In this document: one piece after another, positions 29,312-39,193 of the stretch
Numbering within the stretch: position 1 is the first letter of the stretch
Layout: each line of letters begins with the position of its first letter
NCBI GenBank assembly: GCA_963825135.1
Contig: CAWGRW010000009.1
Span: forward strand, 321,008-385,007
Source: an uncultured bacterium
GTDB taxonomy: Bacteria > Desulfobacterota_D > UBA1144 > Nemesobacterales > UBA2774
Direction of reading: 5' to 3'
Length of the DNA: 64,000 bases
The notes under the pieces: generated by a model
What the model saw: only the letters and a program-made list of their open reading frames with translations
What the model was told of the DNA's origin: nothing
The model's database searches: none
Made by a program: the position numbers and the translations under genes

Positions 29312-30137
29312 TCAGAAAAAGAACGTAAAGGCAGCGCTTATTACGACCAGCCTGTCGGCGTTCTTCGTATATACGTCGGGCGTGACTCCGACAATAACGG
29401 TAAGCCGGTCGGACACGGGCGAGGTGAAACCGGCGGTAACGTTTATTATCGAAATACCGTCACTGCCGTCCGGGTCTTCAAAAGCATAAGCAGCCTCGAC
29501 CACGGGCTGAAACCATGATTTCAGGAAATACCCGAAGCCTATATCGGTCGTGAAGCTCCATGAATCGCCTTCAATAATTCCGAATAGCGAAATCGGAGTC
29601 CATCGAAAATTTATCCGTGAAGTTTTTCGTCAGTATAAGCCCGCCCGGCTCGACGATCCACCGGGCCCCGTTCCCCACGGGAAACGTAATCCCTCCCTGA
29701 TAGGCGAGGGAAACGGGATACCCTCTTTCCTCATCGAGGAACCTGAACTTCACTCCGGCCTCTATATCCCCGAAGTCCGATTCAGTCTTTATTAAATCAG
29801 AATCTTCGACGTTCAGATAATTAATATTCACTCCGGCTTCCAGGTCCTCGAGCAGCCCGGGAGTCAGCCTGAGGCCGCCTCCGAACCTGACCGTATCGTT
29901 CCCGTCGTCCTCGAATTCGAGTGAGAAAAAGGGCTCGACTTCGACATGTTTTCGGGGGACCGTGTCAGCGCTCAAAACATTTATTTTGGAATTGGAGAGA
30001 CCCCCTACGGCCTCAGCCTCGGTCGCGAGCGGGAAAAAGTAAAGGGCCATCAGCAGCGGGACAACGAAACCGCGGGCGGAAACGGCTCTCGCGCTCCGCC
30101 TGGCGCCGCACAAGTCAATAGTGAACTGCTTCCGCAT
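29312..30137 (-). CDS. Outer-membrane beta-barrel protein (signal peptide, C-terminal aromatic terminus FTFFF), split by apparent frameshift near 29575-29600
   Basis: ORF 29571..30161 (signal MRKQFTIDL..LMALYFFPLATEA, alternating beta-strand pattern) continues in frame +1 into ORF 29312..29503 ending ...VISAAFTFFF. Confidence 0.55.
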
Positions 30138-30338
30138 ACGATTCGCCTCACGCACAAACACCGCCCGCCTACGTTAAAGCCGCGGCATTTTATGACACCT
30201 AGAATGGTGTTTATAACGACCTAATACTATTTTTAGACTTATCTAAAATATAATGGCCGGGCCGTTGTGTCAAGACGCAGTATAAGAGGCCGGAGAAATT
30301 CACGGAAAATCCGGCTATTATATACCTTCACTAGAGCT

Positions 30339-31202
30339 ATGATTTCCACAGGGAATTACAATCCGAGACGAAGCCCCGCCGATTTTAAATCTATCCGGCG
30401 GCTAGCCGTATTCCTGCCGGTCCTGGTGCTGCTCGTTTCTTCATCCGTAACGCTATGCTTGTCGCTGCATCCGCATAACGCTTCAGCCGTAGAAGACGCG
30501 GGCATCCCGGTACTCGGCTATGAGATTATAAAAACATACCCGCATGACCCGAACGCCTTCACGCAGGGACTGCTTATCTACGACGGTATTCTGTACGAGG
30601 GCACCGGACTCAAGGGCCGTTCTTCCCTGAGAAAGGTGGATATGGAGACGGGAAAGGTGCTCGAAGAACACAAGCTCCCCGACATACATTTCGGAGAGGG
30701 GATAGCTACCGACGGAAGAAGGATAGTACAGCTCACATGGCAAACGCATAAGGGTTTTGTTTACGACAGGGATACGTTCAAGCTAATAAAAGAGTTCAGC
30801 TACCCGACCGAAGGATGGGGCATAACGTACGACGGAAGGGACTTCATCATGAGCGACGGGAGCGCGACGCTCTACTACCTCGACCCGGAGACCTTCAAGG
30901 AGATCGGCAGGCTCGAGGTATATGACGACAAGGGCCCCGTCGTACGGCTGAACGAGCTCGAATACGTCAAGGGAGAGATATTCGCTAACGTCTGGGGGGA
31001 AGACCGCGTAGCCAGGATCGACGCCGGTACTGGACGCGTTACGGGGTGGATCGACCTCAGCGGACTGCTCGGCGATGCCGACAGGAAAACACGCGTCGAC
31101 GTTCTAAACGGCATAGCCTGCGACAGCAAGACCGGGAAGTTTTACGTAACGGGAAAGCTCTGGCCCAAACTATTCGAGATAAAAATCACTTCAGGGAAAT
31201 AA
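30339..31202 (+). CDS. Glutamine cyclotransferase (plant/bacterial beta-propeller type glutaminyl cyclase)
   Basis: Signal peptide after Met-25 of the ORF; conserved blocks GLLIYDGILYEGTG, FGEGIA, TWQTHKGFVYD, EGWGITYDG, NELEYVKGEIFANVW, VTGKLWPKLFEI. Confidence 0.75.
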   Translation: MISTGNYNPRRSPADFKSIRRLAVFLPVLVLLVSSSVTLCLSLHPHNASAVEDAGIPVLGYEIIKTYPHDPNAFTQGLLIYDGILYEGTGLKGRSSLRKVDMETGKVLEEHKLPDIHFGEGIATDGRRIVQLTWQTHKGFVYDRDTFKLIKEFSYPTEGWGITYDGRDFIMSDGSATLYYLDPETFKEIGRLEVYDDKGPVVRLNELEYVKGEIFANVWGEDRVARIDAGTGRVTGWIDLSGLLGDADRKTRVDVLNGIACDSKTGKFYVTGKLWPKLFEIKITSGK

Positions 31203-31265
31203 ATCGACTGAGATCAGGGGACCGTCCGGCTCGATGCTTTCAGGATAGAGCGGCCTCACGCGCGT

Positions 31266-31493
31266 CTATTTAATGAGGGGCTTGTCTTCCATCTCCTCGG
31301 TCGCGAGCGGGGCTTCATCCGATTCGATCTCTTCCTCAACCTCGGGATTGTATTTGCTGTCGAGAGACGCGGGCTCTGTCCTGTCCTCGAGAGTATCCGA
31401 GGACGCTGGCTCGGAAGGAGCGTCGAGCGTAGCGCAGGAAGAGACCCACATCGGGCACAAAACCAGCAGGAGAGCAAAAAGAATTTCTTTCAT
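31266..31493 (-). CDS. Small acidic putative lipoprotein (75 aa)
   Basis: Signal + lipobox (LLVLCPMWVSSC), Glu/Asp-rich mature part; no family recognised. Confidence 0.45.
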   Translation of the reverse strand: MKEILFALLLVLCPMWVSSCATLDAPSEPASSDTLEDRTEPASLDSKYNPEVEEEIESDEAPLATEEMEDKPLIK

Positions 31494-31575
31494 GATCCGT
31501 TCAACCTCGTTCTGTAATTGTTATTATTCAAACATCCTTCGCATAATATACCATCATTCTGGCATGCCGCACCCA

Positions 31576-32514
31576 TTAATTTTTCTTGACCGCACCATGA
31601 ATGCCGGACATGGCCTCGAGGGCCAGCATGAGCGCCTGGGTGCCCTTCCGTCCGTGTCCCTGCGCCCTGGCGGCGACGTAGAGCTGTCTCACGAGAGATA
31701 GTCCGGGGAGAACGAGGTTCATCCTGTCGGCCTCCTTGAGCGCGATCCCCATGTCCTTTATGAAGTGCTCGACGTAGAAGCCGGGGCTGAAGTCCCTTTT
31801 CAAGACCCTGGGCGCGAGGTTATCCAGCATCCAGCACGCGGCCGCCCCCCTGCTCACCGACTTGAGCATCGTCTCGGGATCGAGTCCCGATTTATGAGCG
31901 TAGAGCAGAGTCTCGCACATCCCTATCATGAGCGAAGCGGCCATGATCTGGTTGCACATCTTCGCGTGCTGCCCCGACCCGGCCCCTCCCTGATACATTA
32001 TGTTCTTCCCCATGAGCCCCAAGAGCGGCTTTACGGCGTCAAACGTCTTTTTGTCCCCTCCCGCCATGATGGAGAGCTTCCCATCCCTGGCCCCGATGTC
32101 TCCCCCCGAGACGGGCGCGTCTACGGCCGAAGCCCCCGCCTTTTTCGCGGCCGCATATATCTCCTCCGCAAGCAGCGGCTCGGTCGTGGTCATATCCACG
32201 AGTATGCTCCCCTTCCGTAGCCCCCCGAAAATACCGTCTTTGCCGAAATAGACCTCCTTCACGTCATGGGGGAAACCGACGATCGTGAAGACGACGTCCG
32301 ACTTCGAGGCCGCGTCCTTGGGGGATTTCGCCCATACGGCCCCGGCTTTGATCAACCCCTCGGCCTTTTTCCTAGTCCTCGTATATACCGTAGTCCTGTA
32401 GCCCGCCTTCACGAGATGCATGCACATGGACGCGCCCATCACTCCCGCGCCTATCCATCCGATCCTTGTCTTCTCCGTACTAACATCGATTAGAGCCATG
32501 CGTGTCCCCTCCAT
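31576..32514 (-). CDS. NAD(P)-dependent 3-hydroxyisobutyrate/2-hydroxy-3-oxopropionate reductase family oxidoreductase
   Basis: 312 aa; Rossmann GWIGAGVMG, HIBADH signature (DAPVSGG), catalytic Lys region. Confidence 0.8.
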   Translation of the reverse strand: MEGTRMALIDVSTEKTRIGWIGAGVMGASMCMHLVKAGYRTTVYTRTRKKAEGLIKAGAVWAKSPKDAASKSDVVFTIVGFPHDVKEVYFGKDGIFGGLRKGSILVDMTTTEPLLAEEIYAAAKKAGASAVDAPVSGGDIGARDGKLSIMAGGDKKTFDAVKPLLGLMGKNIMYQGGAGSGQHAKMCNQIMAASLMIGMCETLLYAHKSGLDPETMLKSVSRGAAACWMLDNLAPRVLKRDFSPGFYVEHFIKDMGIALKEADRMNLVLPGLSLVRQLYVAARAQGHGRKGTQALMLALEAMSGIHGAVKKN

Positions 32515-32630
32515 AAGCGAGTGATAATATCGATTCGCCCGCCCGCTGTAAAGGGAGCGGGAGAATTGTTTTTACAGCCTGCGTGTGTAAAACTAAAACC
32601 GGAGGGAGAGCGCCCCGCGCTTAAACAGAC

Positions 32631-34577
32631 ATGAACGGAATACCCGAACCCACTTCCAAGCAGCAGGAAATACTCGACGCCCCGGGCAACGTACTGGTCA
32701 CGGCCAACCCCGGCACGGGAAAGACGTTCCTCCTCTCCCGTAAATACCTGAAGGCGGTAAGGGACGGTATCCCCCCTGAGGAGATCTTATGCCTCACGTT
32801 CACAGACAAGGCGAAGAGAGAGATGGAAGACAGAATAATCGGGCTCCTTTCCGAGAGCGGCGTAAAACCCGACCTATCGAAGCTAAACATTTACACCTTC
32901 CACTCCTACGCGCTTGAGAACATTGAGCGGGGGAATATCATCTCATCCAACCTGCTCAGGTTCTCGGTCTACAGATACCTCGCGGACGAGGAGGTATTCA
33001 ATTACGGCTCGTCCCATCTCATCGATACCATAGTGCCAAAGGTGGAGAACCTCATACGCTATCTAAAGTCCTTCGGAATAACGCCCGGCATGATAAATCT
33101 CGAAAAGACACTCCCGCACCTTAAAGGGGACAAAAAGGTGAGCAAGGGAGAGAAGGAATTGTTCGCGCGGGAATTCGTAAAAATCTTCGAGCGGTACGAG
33201 GAGGCCAAACGAGGCGGGGGCATGGACTACGCCGACCTGCTCATCAATTTCCTGAGGCTCGACGAGATACCGGGATACGAGCTCGTCCTGGTCGACGAGC
33301 TCCAGGACGTGAACCGGATGGAAGCGGAGATAGCTATAAGGTCCGGCAAAAGGTTCTTCGCCGTAGGCGACAAGAAACAGGCCATATTCGGGTTCCAGGG
33401 CGGGTCCATACTCAACTTCTCCATGTTCGAGGACTCCTCGCATTTTATATTGTCGGAGAACTGGAGGAGCACCGGCGAGATACTCGCCTACGCGAGGGAA
33501 TATTTCGTATCGAAAACGAAAGACGAGTCCCACGGGAGGGAGCTCAGCGAATTAAAAAGCGCAGGGGGCCTCAGGGGTGAAAAACCGGTCATATATCACG
33601 TCGAGAAGAAGCTGGTCCCCGGCGTCGTAGCGGGGATACTGAAATCGTCAGCGGACGAAAAGGGAAGCACCGCCGTAATCGTGAGGACGAACGGCCAGAT
33701 CATGGAGATATCGAGGGAATTGATGAAGGAGAACATTCCCTTCTCCTCCACCTTCCTCACCGCGTCGAACGAGGCGAGGACGAGCATCATTAAATATCTG
33801 AGGGGGATGCTGAGCAACAATATCGATGAAATAAAAAATGCCCTCGTCACCCCGTTTGCCCCCGTGCCGCTCAGGGACGCGTTCGACATACTGGACGACC
33901 GTGATGTCACTATCGAGACGCTGCGCGGGAAGGCCCCCGCTTTCGTGGCCGAGAGGGAATCACTCAGCTCGATCGAGGACGTGAACAGGCTATTCACCGA
34001 CAGGATTATCCCCGAAGCTTCCCCGTACGGGCGGGAGTATTTCACGGCCGCGATAAATCTGCAGTACGCCTTTCAGGAGGCCCTGGGGTTTATAAAAGAC
34101 ATGAACCGCGAGAGCCTTCTCGCGTACCTCCGCACCGCAGACCTCTCATCGGACGAAATCGAAACCGAGGGCGGGGTCACCCTCACGACGGTCCACAAGG
34201 CGAAGGGGAAGGAATACGATACGGTGATCTACGCGCCCTTCACGCCGCCCGACAGGTCGAACTATCAGGACGAGGTCGTCGAGGCGGTTCTCAGGCTCGA
34301 AGGGATAGACGCCAAGGAGGAGCTCGAAGAAGAAACGCTCCGTATAAATTTCGTCGCGTTCACGCGGGCGAAAAGAAAGCTCGTCGTCGTGACCGAAAAA
34401 TTCTCCGAATTCATAAACGATTATGCGGAGGAAGGGACGCTCGATGCGAGCGCGGGGGCGGGGATAGATTACGACGAGTCCCGCAAGAAAGCGTTCACCT
34501 GCTTCGTGAGCGGCGAGTACGAGCGCGCGCAGGGAGCTTACTCGAAAGAAAAGAGAGCTGGCTCACGGACTACGTGA
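32631..34577 (+). CDS. UvrD/PcrA-type superfamily-1 DNA helicase
   Basis: 648 aa; motif I TANPGTGKT, II LVLVDELQD, III AVGDKKQAIFGFQGG, IV ENWRS, V/VI TTVHKAKGKEYDTV, FVAFTRAKRKL. Confidence 0.8.
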   Translation: MNGIPEPTSKQQEILDAPGNVLVTANPGTGKTFLLSRKYLKAVRDGIPPEEILCLTFTDKAKREMEDRIIGLLSESGVKPDLSKLNIYTFHSYALENIERGNIISSNLLRFSVYRYLADEEVFNYGSSHLIDTIVPKVENLIRYLKSFGITPGMINLEKTLPHLKGDKKVSKGEKELFAREFVKIFERYEEAKRGGGMDYADLLINFLRLDEIPGYELVLVDELQDVNRMEAEIAIRSGKRFFAVGDKKQAIFGFQGGSILNFSMFEDSSHFILSENWRSTGEILAYAREYFVSKTKDESHGRELSELKSAGGLRGEKPVIYHVEKKLVPGVVAGILKSSADEKGSTAVIVRTNGQIMEISRELMKENIPFSSTFLTASNEARTSIIKYLRGMLSNNIDEIKNALVTPFAPVPLRDAFDILDDRDVTIETLRGKAPAFVAERESLSSIEDVNRLFTDRIIPEASPYGREYFTAAINLQYAFQEALGFIKDMNRESLLAYLRTADLSSDEIETEGGVTLTTVHKAKGKEYDTVIYAPFTPPDRSNYQDEVVEAVLRLEGIDAKEELEEETLRINFVAFTRAKRKLVVVTEKFSEFINDYAEEGTLDASAGAGIDYDESRKKAFTCFVSGEYERAQGAYSKEKRAGSRTT

Positions 34578-35293
34578 AAAATTTCTTCGGCTCCCTCGGA
34601 AGCGTCTCTTTCTCGTCCGTCAACAACAGCGCCTACGAGTTCCTCGTGAATTACATACTCAGGATAAGGGAAGACACGAAATCCCTTACGACGGGACTAA
34701 GCGTCCACTCCATAGCCGACGAGCTGATAAAGAAAGGCGAATGTGAATGCGCTCCGGAGCTCATGCCGTTTAAGGAAAACATCACGGCGCTCCTCGCTGC
34801 TATAAAGGAGAATTATCCCGAGAGCCACGCGACGGAGATGAGCTTCAGGGTCCCCTTAGGCGGACTCATAGATACTGACGAGCCGATTGTATTCACGGGC
34901 TTTATCGACGCTATATTCAGGAACGGGGACTCGTATCTGATAGTCGACTGGAAGACGGACAAGAATACCGGCAGAGGCTCGGAGCACCGCCAGCAGCTGG
35001 AGACCTACAGGAGGGCGTTTTGCCTGGCGAACAACCTCGACCCGGAAAAGGTAAAGGTCTCGATCGGGTTCGTGGGCCTGAGATCGGCGCTCAACACCGG
35101 GACTATAGGGTGCGAGCTCGACGAGCAGCAGCCCCGGAAGACCGCGTTTGAAACGTTCGCGAAGAAAGCAGGCAGCATGCTCAGGTGGAAGAAGGACCCC
35201 GAATCGTTCTTCCATGAAATACTCGAAGACGGGACCAACGACCCGCTCTGGCGGAGCATCGTCGAGCAGTACATGAAGGAGAGGAGCACATAA
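34574..35293 (+). CDS. PD-(D/E)xK nuclease, RecB/Cas4-like domain protein (probably the C-terminal nuclease module of the preceding helicase)
   Basis: 239 aa; GFIDAIFRNGDSYLIVDWKTDKN (D...D-x-K) and QQLETYRRAF (QhxxY) motifs; GTG start overlaps helicase stop; upstream reading frame stays open through helicase 3-prime end. Confidence 0.7.
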   Translation: MKNFFGSLGSVSFSSVNNSAYEFLVNYILRIREDTKSLTTGLSVHSIADELIKKGECECAPELMPFKENITALLAAIKENYPESHATEMSFRVPLGGLIDTDEPIVFTGFIDAIFRNGDSYLIVDWKTDKNTGRGSEHRQQLETYRRAFCLANNLDPEKVKVSIGFVGLRSALNTGTIGCELDEQQPRKTAFETFAKKAGSMLRWKKDPESFFHEILEDGTNDPLWRSIVEQYMKERST

Positions 35294-35468
35294 TCCGATC
35301 CGGTCCTCCTGCCTGTTCCCTCTGCAGTCGATTCAAATTCCGTTAGCTCGTATCTCCATTTTATGTTAGCCTTGATATTAACAAGCAGCATATCACCCGA
35401 ACGCTTACAGAACGATGCCGTTTTGGTCGAGCGGCATATACTCATTTACGGGCGGGGGGGAAGAGGGA

Positions 35469-35990
35469 ATGAGGAATAGGTTCTCAAAAGTCCTGTTATG
35501 GCTTTTTGTAATAGACCTCGGGATCGCACTCGGCGCGGGTCTCTACGAATCCCTGATCGTCGTCCCCAACTGGTTCATCTCCTCGCCCGGGTCCCCTGCC
35601 ATTTGGGACGCCGCTGCCGCAGAGCGATACGACACCGGGCAGCACTTCTGGATCTTCGTAACTACGATCCCTCTTTCTTTGCTCACCGTGGTAAACCTGT
35701 GGGCGGCCTGGCGGTCCAAAGGAAAAATACGCACATGGTGGCTGACCGCGTGCCTTTTAGTAGTGGCCGAGAGGTCGTTCACGTTCATCTACTTCCTTCC
35801 GACAATGCTCGAGCTCATGCAGGATCAGGGCATGTCTCAGTCAGACGCTACGGCTATGGCTCTGCAGTGGGCAGACCTCAATTATTTCCGTCACGCAATC
35901 GTATTTCTGGCATGGGTGGCTGCGCTCCGGGCGCTCTCTATGTCAGGCGGAAGAGAGCTGTTCGTACGCCGCTACGGACCGTACAGGTAA
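35469..35990 (+). CDS. DUF1772-family (anthrone-oxygenase-like) membrane protein
   Basis: 4 predicted TM helices, start at ATG 35469 with GGGGGAAGAGGG RBS; weak family assignment. Confidence 0.55.
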   Translation: MRNRFSKVLLWLFVIDLGIALGAGLYESLIVVPNWFISSPGSPAIWDAAAAERYDTGQHFWIFVTTIPLSLLTVVNLWAAWRSKGKIRTWWLTACLLVVAERSFTFIYFLPTMLELMQDQGMSQSDATAMALQWADLNYFRHAIVFLAWVAALRALSMSGGRELFVRRYGPYR

Positions 35991-36134
35991 GAGAGTAAAT
36001 ATACCGGAGCCTGAAGCACTCTATTTATGCATAGGAATATTCCTCCCTGCAATCCTCGCCCCCTAAACTATTCTGATCGGCATAAACACCCAAACAGTAG
36101 AGAGGCAGTGAGTATCATGCCGAAGTTAGTCCCC

Positions 36135-38657
36135 TCACCCCCTCACCCTCTTGTAAAAAATCCTCTTCGCGACCTCCGCGGTAATCACGTACAGAACCAC
36201 GATCACGCCGAGGGCGATGAGGAAGGAAGGCGGGAGCGGGTGCAGGCTGAAGAGACCCGCGAGCCTCGAATAAGGCAGGTACAGGGTCGCGCATATAACG
36301 AGAAAGATCGCGAGCGCCAGGTATTTCCCGGGCCTGCTCCTGAGAAACGGCCCCCTCGTCCTTATGACGAGCACTATAAGGGTCGCCGAAATGACGGACT
36401 CGATGAACCACCCCGTCCTGAACTCCTCCGTAGACGCTCGGAATATGAAGAGCAGCACGCCGAACGTCATGTAATCGAATATAGAGCTTATGAGACCGAA
36501 TGTCGCCATGAAGTTCCTTATGAAACGTATGTCCCAGCGCCTCGGCTTCTCCACCATCTCGCGGTCGACGCTGTCGCCGGCAATAGTCATCTCCGGCAGG
36601 TCAGTCAAGAGGTTAGTGAGCAGTATCTGCTTCGGGAGGAGCGGCAGAAATGACAGAAAGAGCGACGCCCCCGCCATGCTGAACATATTCCCGAAGTTGG
36701 CGCTCGTCGCCATGAACACGTATTTGAGCGTGTTCGCGAAAGTCACCCTGCCTTCTTTTACACCGTTCACGAGGACGCCCAGGTCCATCTTGAGGAGCAC
36801 TATGTCGGCCGCCTGCTTCGCGACGTCGACCGCGCTCTCCACTGATATACCGACGTCCGCCGCGTGGAGAGCGGACGCGTCGTTGATGCCGTCCCCCATG
36901 TACCCGACGACGTTCCCGGCCTTTTTCATGGCGTTGATGATGCGCTCCTTCTGGCTCGGCTCCACCTCGGCGAAGACGTTATAGTGGTTGACCATTTTGA
37001 TGAGCGCGTCGTTACTCATGCTGAGCAGCTCCTTCCCCGTAACGGCCTCGGGCTCGGGGAGCCCGACCTCCCGGCTCACGTAGAGCGCGACCTCCCTGCT
37101 GTCCCCAGTCACGACCTTGAGCTCGATGCCGAGCCTCTCGAGCTCGTCCAGAGTAGCCTTCACCCCTTCCTTCGGAGGGTCAAACAGGGTGATAAAACCC
37201 AGGAACGTCATGTCCTTTTCAAAGTCCTTCGTTATGAGGTTTTCGCTGATCCCGCTCCTGCTCGCGACGCCCAGCACGCGGAACCCTTCCCTGCTGAGAT
37301 TCGCGAAACGCTCCTCTATCTTTCCCCTGACCGATTCTATGTTCTCCGTATCCCCTTCCGAAACCCGTGCGTGCGTGCATACGGATAGTACGTTTCCGAG
37401 CGCGCCCTTCGTGACCATCATGTTCGCGCCTTCTTTAGAGACGAGTATGCTCAACCTCTTGCGGCTGAAATCGTACGGAACTTCGTCGAGCTTTTTATAG
37501 CCCTCGACGTCGAATTTGGCGTGCGCGCGGATCGCCTCGTCGATCGGGTTTCTGAACCCGGTCTCGAAAAAGGCGTTCAGGTACGCGTGGAAGAGCACGT
37601 CCTCGCTCTCTTTGCCGCTCACGTCCTCGGCGGAGTGCAGACGGACCTCCCCCTTGGTGAGCGTGCCGGTCTTGTCGGAGCAGAGCACGTTCATGCTGCC
37701 GAAGTTCTCTATCGAGCTGAGGCGCTTCACTATGACGCTCTCCCGGGCCATGCGTTTCGCGCCTCTCGCGAGGTTAACGCTGATTATAACGGGCAGGAGC
37801 TGCGGCGTGAGGCCGACGGCGATCGCGAGAGAAAAGAGGAACGAGTCGAGCACCGGCCTCTCGAAATAAACGTTGACCGCGAATATGGCGATCACGAGTA
37901 TGAGGGTGACCTCCATGAGGAAATATCCGAACTGCCTGACGCCGTGCTGGAACTCGGTTTCGGGAGGCCTCAGCTTGAGCTTCTCCGAGATCTCGCCGAA
38001 CAGGGTCTCCTTTCCGGTGTGCACAATGACCGCCCTGCCGCTCCCGCTCACGACCGATGTGCCCATGAACAGGGTGTTCGTGCGTTTCCCGAGGGGAGCG
38101 CCGGCGGGAAGCACTCCCGCCGATTTTTCAGCCGGATAAGTCTCTCCCGTCAGCGTTGCCTCGTTCACGAAAAGGTCCTTGGAATCGAGTATCCTGCAGT
38201 CGCCGGGAATTATCCCGCCCGCGGACAGCTGCACTACGTCGCCCGGTACGACGTCCTCGATCGGCTGCTCGACAACAGTCCCGTCCCTCAGCACGGAAGC
38301 CTTTATCCTCACCATGTTGAGGAGATTCTTCACCGCGTTCGCGGCCCCGTGCTCCTGCCAGAAGCCTAGTAAACCGCTCACGATAACTATCGCAAGTATG
38401 ATAGCGGCGTCGGTATGTCCTCCGAGAAATATCGAGAGTACCGCAGCGAAAAGCAGGATTACGATGATAGGGCTCTTGAACTGGGAGAGAAGGATTGGAA
38501 GCCAAGCGGTGTCGAGAGGCGGCTTCAGAACGTTGCGGCCGTTGCCGGCAAGCCTCCTGAGAGCCTCATCGGTACCGAGACCTCCGGCGGTCGTCCCGAG
38601 CTTTTCAAGGAGACCGCTCTCGGCAACACTCCAGAATTCATCCGTGTGGCGCTGCAT
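36135..38657 (-). CDS. mgtA: Magnesium-importing P-type ATPase MgtA/MgtB
   Basis: 840 aa; DKTGTLT phosphorylation motif, TGES, MGDGINDASAL hinge, 10 TM, MgtA-type N-terminus. Confidence 0.9.
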   Translation of the reverse strand: MQRHTDEFWSVAESGLLEKLGTTAGGLGTDEALRRLAGNGRNVLKPPLDTAWLPILLSQFKSPIIVILLFAAVLSIFLGGHTDAAIILAIVIVSGLLGFWQEHGAANAVKNLLNMVRIKASVLRDGTVVEQPIEDVVPGDVVQLSAGGIIPGDCRILDSKDLFVNEATLTGETYPAEKSAGVLPAGAPLGKRTNTLFMGTSVVSGSGRAVIVHTGKETLFGEISEKLKLRPPETEFQHGVRQFGYFLMEVTLILVIAIFAVNVYFERPVLDSFLFSLAIAVGLTPQLLPVIISVNLARGAKRMARESVIVKRLSSIENFGSMNVLCSDKTGTLTKGEVRLHSAEDVSGKESEDVLFHAYLNAFFETGFRNPIDEAIRAHAKFDVEGYKKLDEVPYDFSRKRLSILVSKEGANMMVTKGALGNVLSVCTHARVSEGDTENIESVRGKIEERFANLSREGFRVLGVASRSGISENLITKDFEKDMTFLGFITLFDPPKEGVKATLDELERLGIELKVVTGDSREVALYVSREVGLPEPEAVTGKELLSMSNDALIKMVNHYNVFAEVEPSQKERIINAMKKAGNVVGYMGDGINDASALHAADVGISVESAVDVAKQAADIVLLKMDLGVLVNGVKEGRVTFANTLKYVFMATSANFGNMFSMAGASLFLSFLPLLPKQILLTNLLTDLPEMTIAGDSVDREMVEKPRRWDIRFIRNFMATFGLISSIFDYMTFGVLLFIFRASTEEFRTGWFIESVISATLIVLVIRTRGPFLRSRPGKYLALAIFLVICATLYLPYSRLAGLFSLHPLPPSFLIALGVIVVLYVITAEVAKRIFYKRVRG

Positions 38658-39193
38658 ATCGGAATAACCTCAATATTCGACCGTTACAATAAGTATCCCG
38701 CATTCGGCGGCCATTTCCACGCATTCCGTGCCGCGACCCCGCCGCTGATGAACATTCATCATTTATCGTCCTTCGCCGCCGACCTCTTTCGCCAGACGAG
38801 ATAAGCCGCGCTCAGAGCCGTAAAGACGATCGTGTACGGGATTAGGAAGGGGAGCGCCTTATCCGGAGAGAAGTTCAGCTGAGCTATGACGAGGGCGAAT
38901 CCGGGGTTCCGTCCCGCGGCTTCGAGCGCCGGCGTCGTCCGTTCGGGAATACATATACTAAAACATGAGGGACTGTCAGAGGTAGTGATCGTTGGTGAGG
39001 TCTCTAGTGGCTCGTCGTCCGAGACGAGATAAGATATGGAAGGCTGTGAGATGAGTAGCGTCGCAGTGCAATTGTAGGGTCGAGTAGTTTCGCAGGATAG
39101 AGTTTGAATCGGTAACGATAGATTCATATTATTCGACTTTGTATTGGATTCTGCTACTCAAACTGACAGGCCATGGTTGACAATCTGTAGTAG

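Noticed and set aside
38975-39100. M-box (Mg2+) riboswitch near mgtA: plus-strand CGTTGGTGAGG + hairpin resembling the GTTAGGTGAGG P2 region
   Set aside because: It is on the strand opposite to mgtA, over 300 nt upstream of the mgtA start, the match is limited to ~11 nt, and no downstream plus-strand gene exists.
38759-39127. 122-aa ORF upstream of mgtA
   Set aside because: No RBS, Ser/Thr/Pro-rich low-complexity N-terminal half, sits in an AT-rich leader/intergenic region; only noted as leader DNA.
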